Below, piece after piece: positions 61,860-64,000 of a stretch of DNA of 64,000 nucleotides. The stretch's first letter is position 1. Each line of letters opens with the position of its first letter. Position numbers and translations under genes: made by a program. The stretch is from the human T2T-CHM13v2.0 reference genome, Homo sapiens: NCBI RefSeq assembly GCF_009914755.1, contig NC_060936.1, one strand, 5' to 3'. The notes below the pieces were generated by a model. That model saw only the letters and a list, made by a program, of their open reading frames with translations, did no database searches and was not told the origin of the DNA.

Positions 61860-63145
61860 TTAGCTTTATTGAGACACCATTCCCATACTATACAATTCAC
61901 CTATTTAAAGTGTACATTTCAATTATTTTTAGTATATTTACACAGTTGTGCTACCATTACAAGAATCAATTTTAGAACATTCTTATCACCCCATAAAGAA
62001 ACCCCATGCTGTTAACAGTCACTCCCCAACTTCCTCCATCCCCTGACAACCACTAATCTACTTTCTGTCTCTATAGATTTGCCCATTCTGAATATTTTGT
62101 ATAAATGGAATCTTATAATATGCAGTCTTTTGTCTGCTTTCTTTCACTTAGCATAATATTTTCAAGGTTCATCCATGTTGTAGCATGTATCAGTTCTTCA
62201 TTCCTTTTGATGGCTGAATAATATTCCATTGCATGGACATACCACATTTTATTTATTTGTTAATCAGTTAATAAGTATTTGGATTATTCCCACTTTTTGA
62301 TATTATGAATGGTGCTGTTATGATTATTTGTGCACAGGTTTTTATGGGGACATATGTTTTTATTTCACTTGGTAAAATAACTATAAGTGTAGTTGTTAAG
62401 TGATACAGTCACTGTACATTTAACCTTTGGAAGCAAAGTACCTTCTGGACTAGCTGCCCCATTTTACATTTCTACCAACAATGTATAAGGGTTTTAATAT
62501 ATCCATGTCCTCCCCAACACTTATTATTACCTGCCTTTTAAATTAAAGCCACTCTTGTGTGTGTAAATTTTGTCCTAGTATGGTTTTAATTTGCATTTCC
62601 CTGATGACTAACAATGTTGAGCATAATTTCATGTGCTTATTTCATATCTTCTTTGGAGAAATGTCTATTCAGATCCTTTGCCCGTTTTTAATTGGCTTAT
62701 TTACCTTTTCATTATTGAATTCTAAGAGTTCTTTACATATTTTGGAAGTAAGTCCCTTAACAGATACAAGATTTGCAAATATTTTTCTCCTATTCTGTGG
62801 TTTGTCTTTTCAGTTTCTTGACGGCATTCTTTAAAGCAAAAATATCTTAATTTTGATAAAGTCCAATTAATTTACATTTTTTATAACTTCTGCTTTTGGT
62901 ATTGAATTTAAGACATCAAATCTGAGGTTGTGAAGATTGTTTTCTTCTAATAATTGTATAGTTTTAGCCCTTATGTCTAGATCTGTAAAACATTTTGAGT
63001 TAGCTTTTGTGTTTAGTATACTGTAGGGGATCAATTTCATTCTTTTGCATGTGAATATCCATTTGTCTCAGCACTATTTGTAGAAAATATTATTGTTTTT
63101 TCATTGAATGACCTTGGCACTCATGTCAAAAATCAATCAGCCATT
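61860..63145 (-). mobile_element. L1MB-type 3' fragment
   Basis: agctttattgaga...caaccactaatctactttctgtctctatagatttgcc...tctttggagaaatgtctattcag. Confidence 0.85.
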
Positions 63146-63181
63146 TTCAAGTACACAGTACATTAACTATAGTCACCATTA

Positions 63182-63978
63182 TGATGCAGGACAAGTGAGC
63201 CCCAAAACTGGGGCTTAGCCCAGGAAGGTTTTTGGCTTTGCCCAGGCAAGAATTCAAGGGTGAGCTGGTGGTGTTGGTTGGCAACTTTTATTAAAGCAGC
63301 AGTGCACAGCAGCAGCGGAGGGACTGCTCCTTGTGGAGCAGGGTTACCCCATAGGCAGTGTGCCCAGAGCAGCAGCTCAGAGGCAGGTCTGCAGTCACAT
63401 TTACACCCATTTTAATTATATGCAAATTAAGGGGTGGATTATGCAGAAATTTCTAGAAAATGAGTGGTATCTTCCTGATTGCTGGGTTGTTGCCATGGAC
63501 AGGGGTGATAACTTCCAGGTGCTGCCCTGGCAATGGTAAACTGACATGGCACTGGTGGGCATGTCTTATGGAGAGGTGCTTTTTTTTTTTTTTGAGACAG
63601 GGTCTCACTATGTTGTCCAGGCTGGAGTGTAATGGTGCGAACTCGGCTCACTTGAGCCTCCACTTCCCAGGCTCAAGCAATCCTCCCATCTCAGCCTCCT
63701 GAGTAGCTAGGACTACAGGTGTGCACCACCACACCTGGCTAGTTTTTGTATTTTTTTCTAGAGATGGGTTTTCGCTATGTTTCCCTGGCTGGTCTCAAAC
63801 TCCTGGGCTCAAGTAATCCGCCTGCCTTGCCCTCCCAAAGTGCTGGGATTACAGATGTGAGCCACTGTGCCCCACCTGGAGAGATACTTTCACTTCTTCC
63901 CTGTTTCAGCTAGTCTTCAATATGGTCCAGAGTCCAAGCTCCACCTCCAGAGTCAGTTGAGTCCCGCCTCCTACCTCA
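63182..63978 (-). mobile_element. Complete ERV1-class solo LTR (MER66-like), interrupted by an Alu
   Basis: TG...CA termini with 4 bp TSD atta; AATAAA on the minus strand (tttatt near 63287). Confidence 0.8.
63580..63876 (-). mobile_element. Alu (AluJ/Sz-type) inside the LTR
   Basis: TSD tggagaggtgcttt / tggagagatacttt. Confidence 0.92.
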
Positions 63979-64000
63979 ATTATGTACAATAAATCTCTTG

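Overview
Primate (probably human/hominoid) non-coding DNA, intergenic or deep-intronic and dominated by interspersed repeats: about 20 Alu/FLAM copies, several L1s (a near full-length ~6.4 kb L1MA-type, a 5'-inverted L1PA8-10-type, an L1PA3/4-type 3' fragment, old L1MB/ME pieces), many MIR and L2 remnants, MaLR/ERV LTRs and Tigger/hAT DNA-transposon fossils. I find no credible protein-coding gene, RNA gene or CpG-island promoter. The ORFs in the track are Alu, L1, microsatellite or chance ORFs. I do not see a new multi-gene system. The structure that the repeats do not explain is a set of local rearrangements: (1) a ~590 bp mostly non-repeat segment duplicated 7.8 kb apart (36922-37509 / 44759-45751), where one copy alone has grown a ~418 bp TTC/GAA polypyrimidine tract and homology ends at a hAT transposon target site; (2) an old inverted duplication at 39.7-41.1 kb; (3) three independent fold-back (template-switch) micro-palindromes inside TEs; (4) a few repeat-free blocks that look like candidate enhancers. 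Repeat subfamily names come from recalled consensus sequences and are approximate; boundaries are read by eye.
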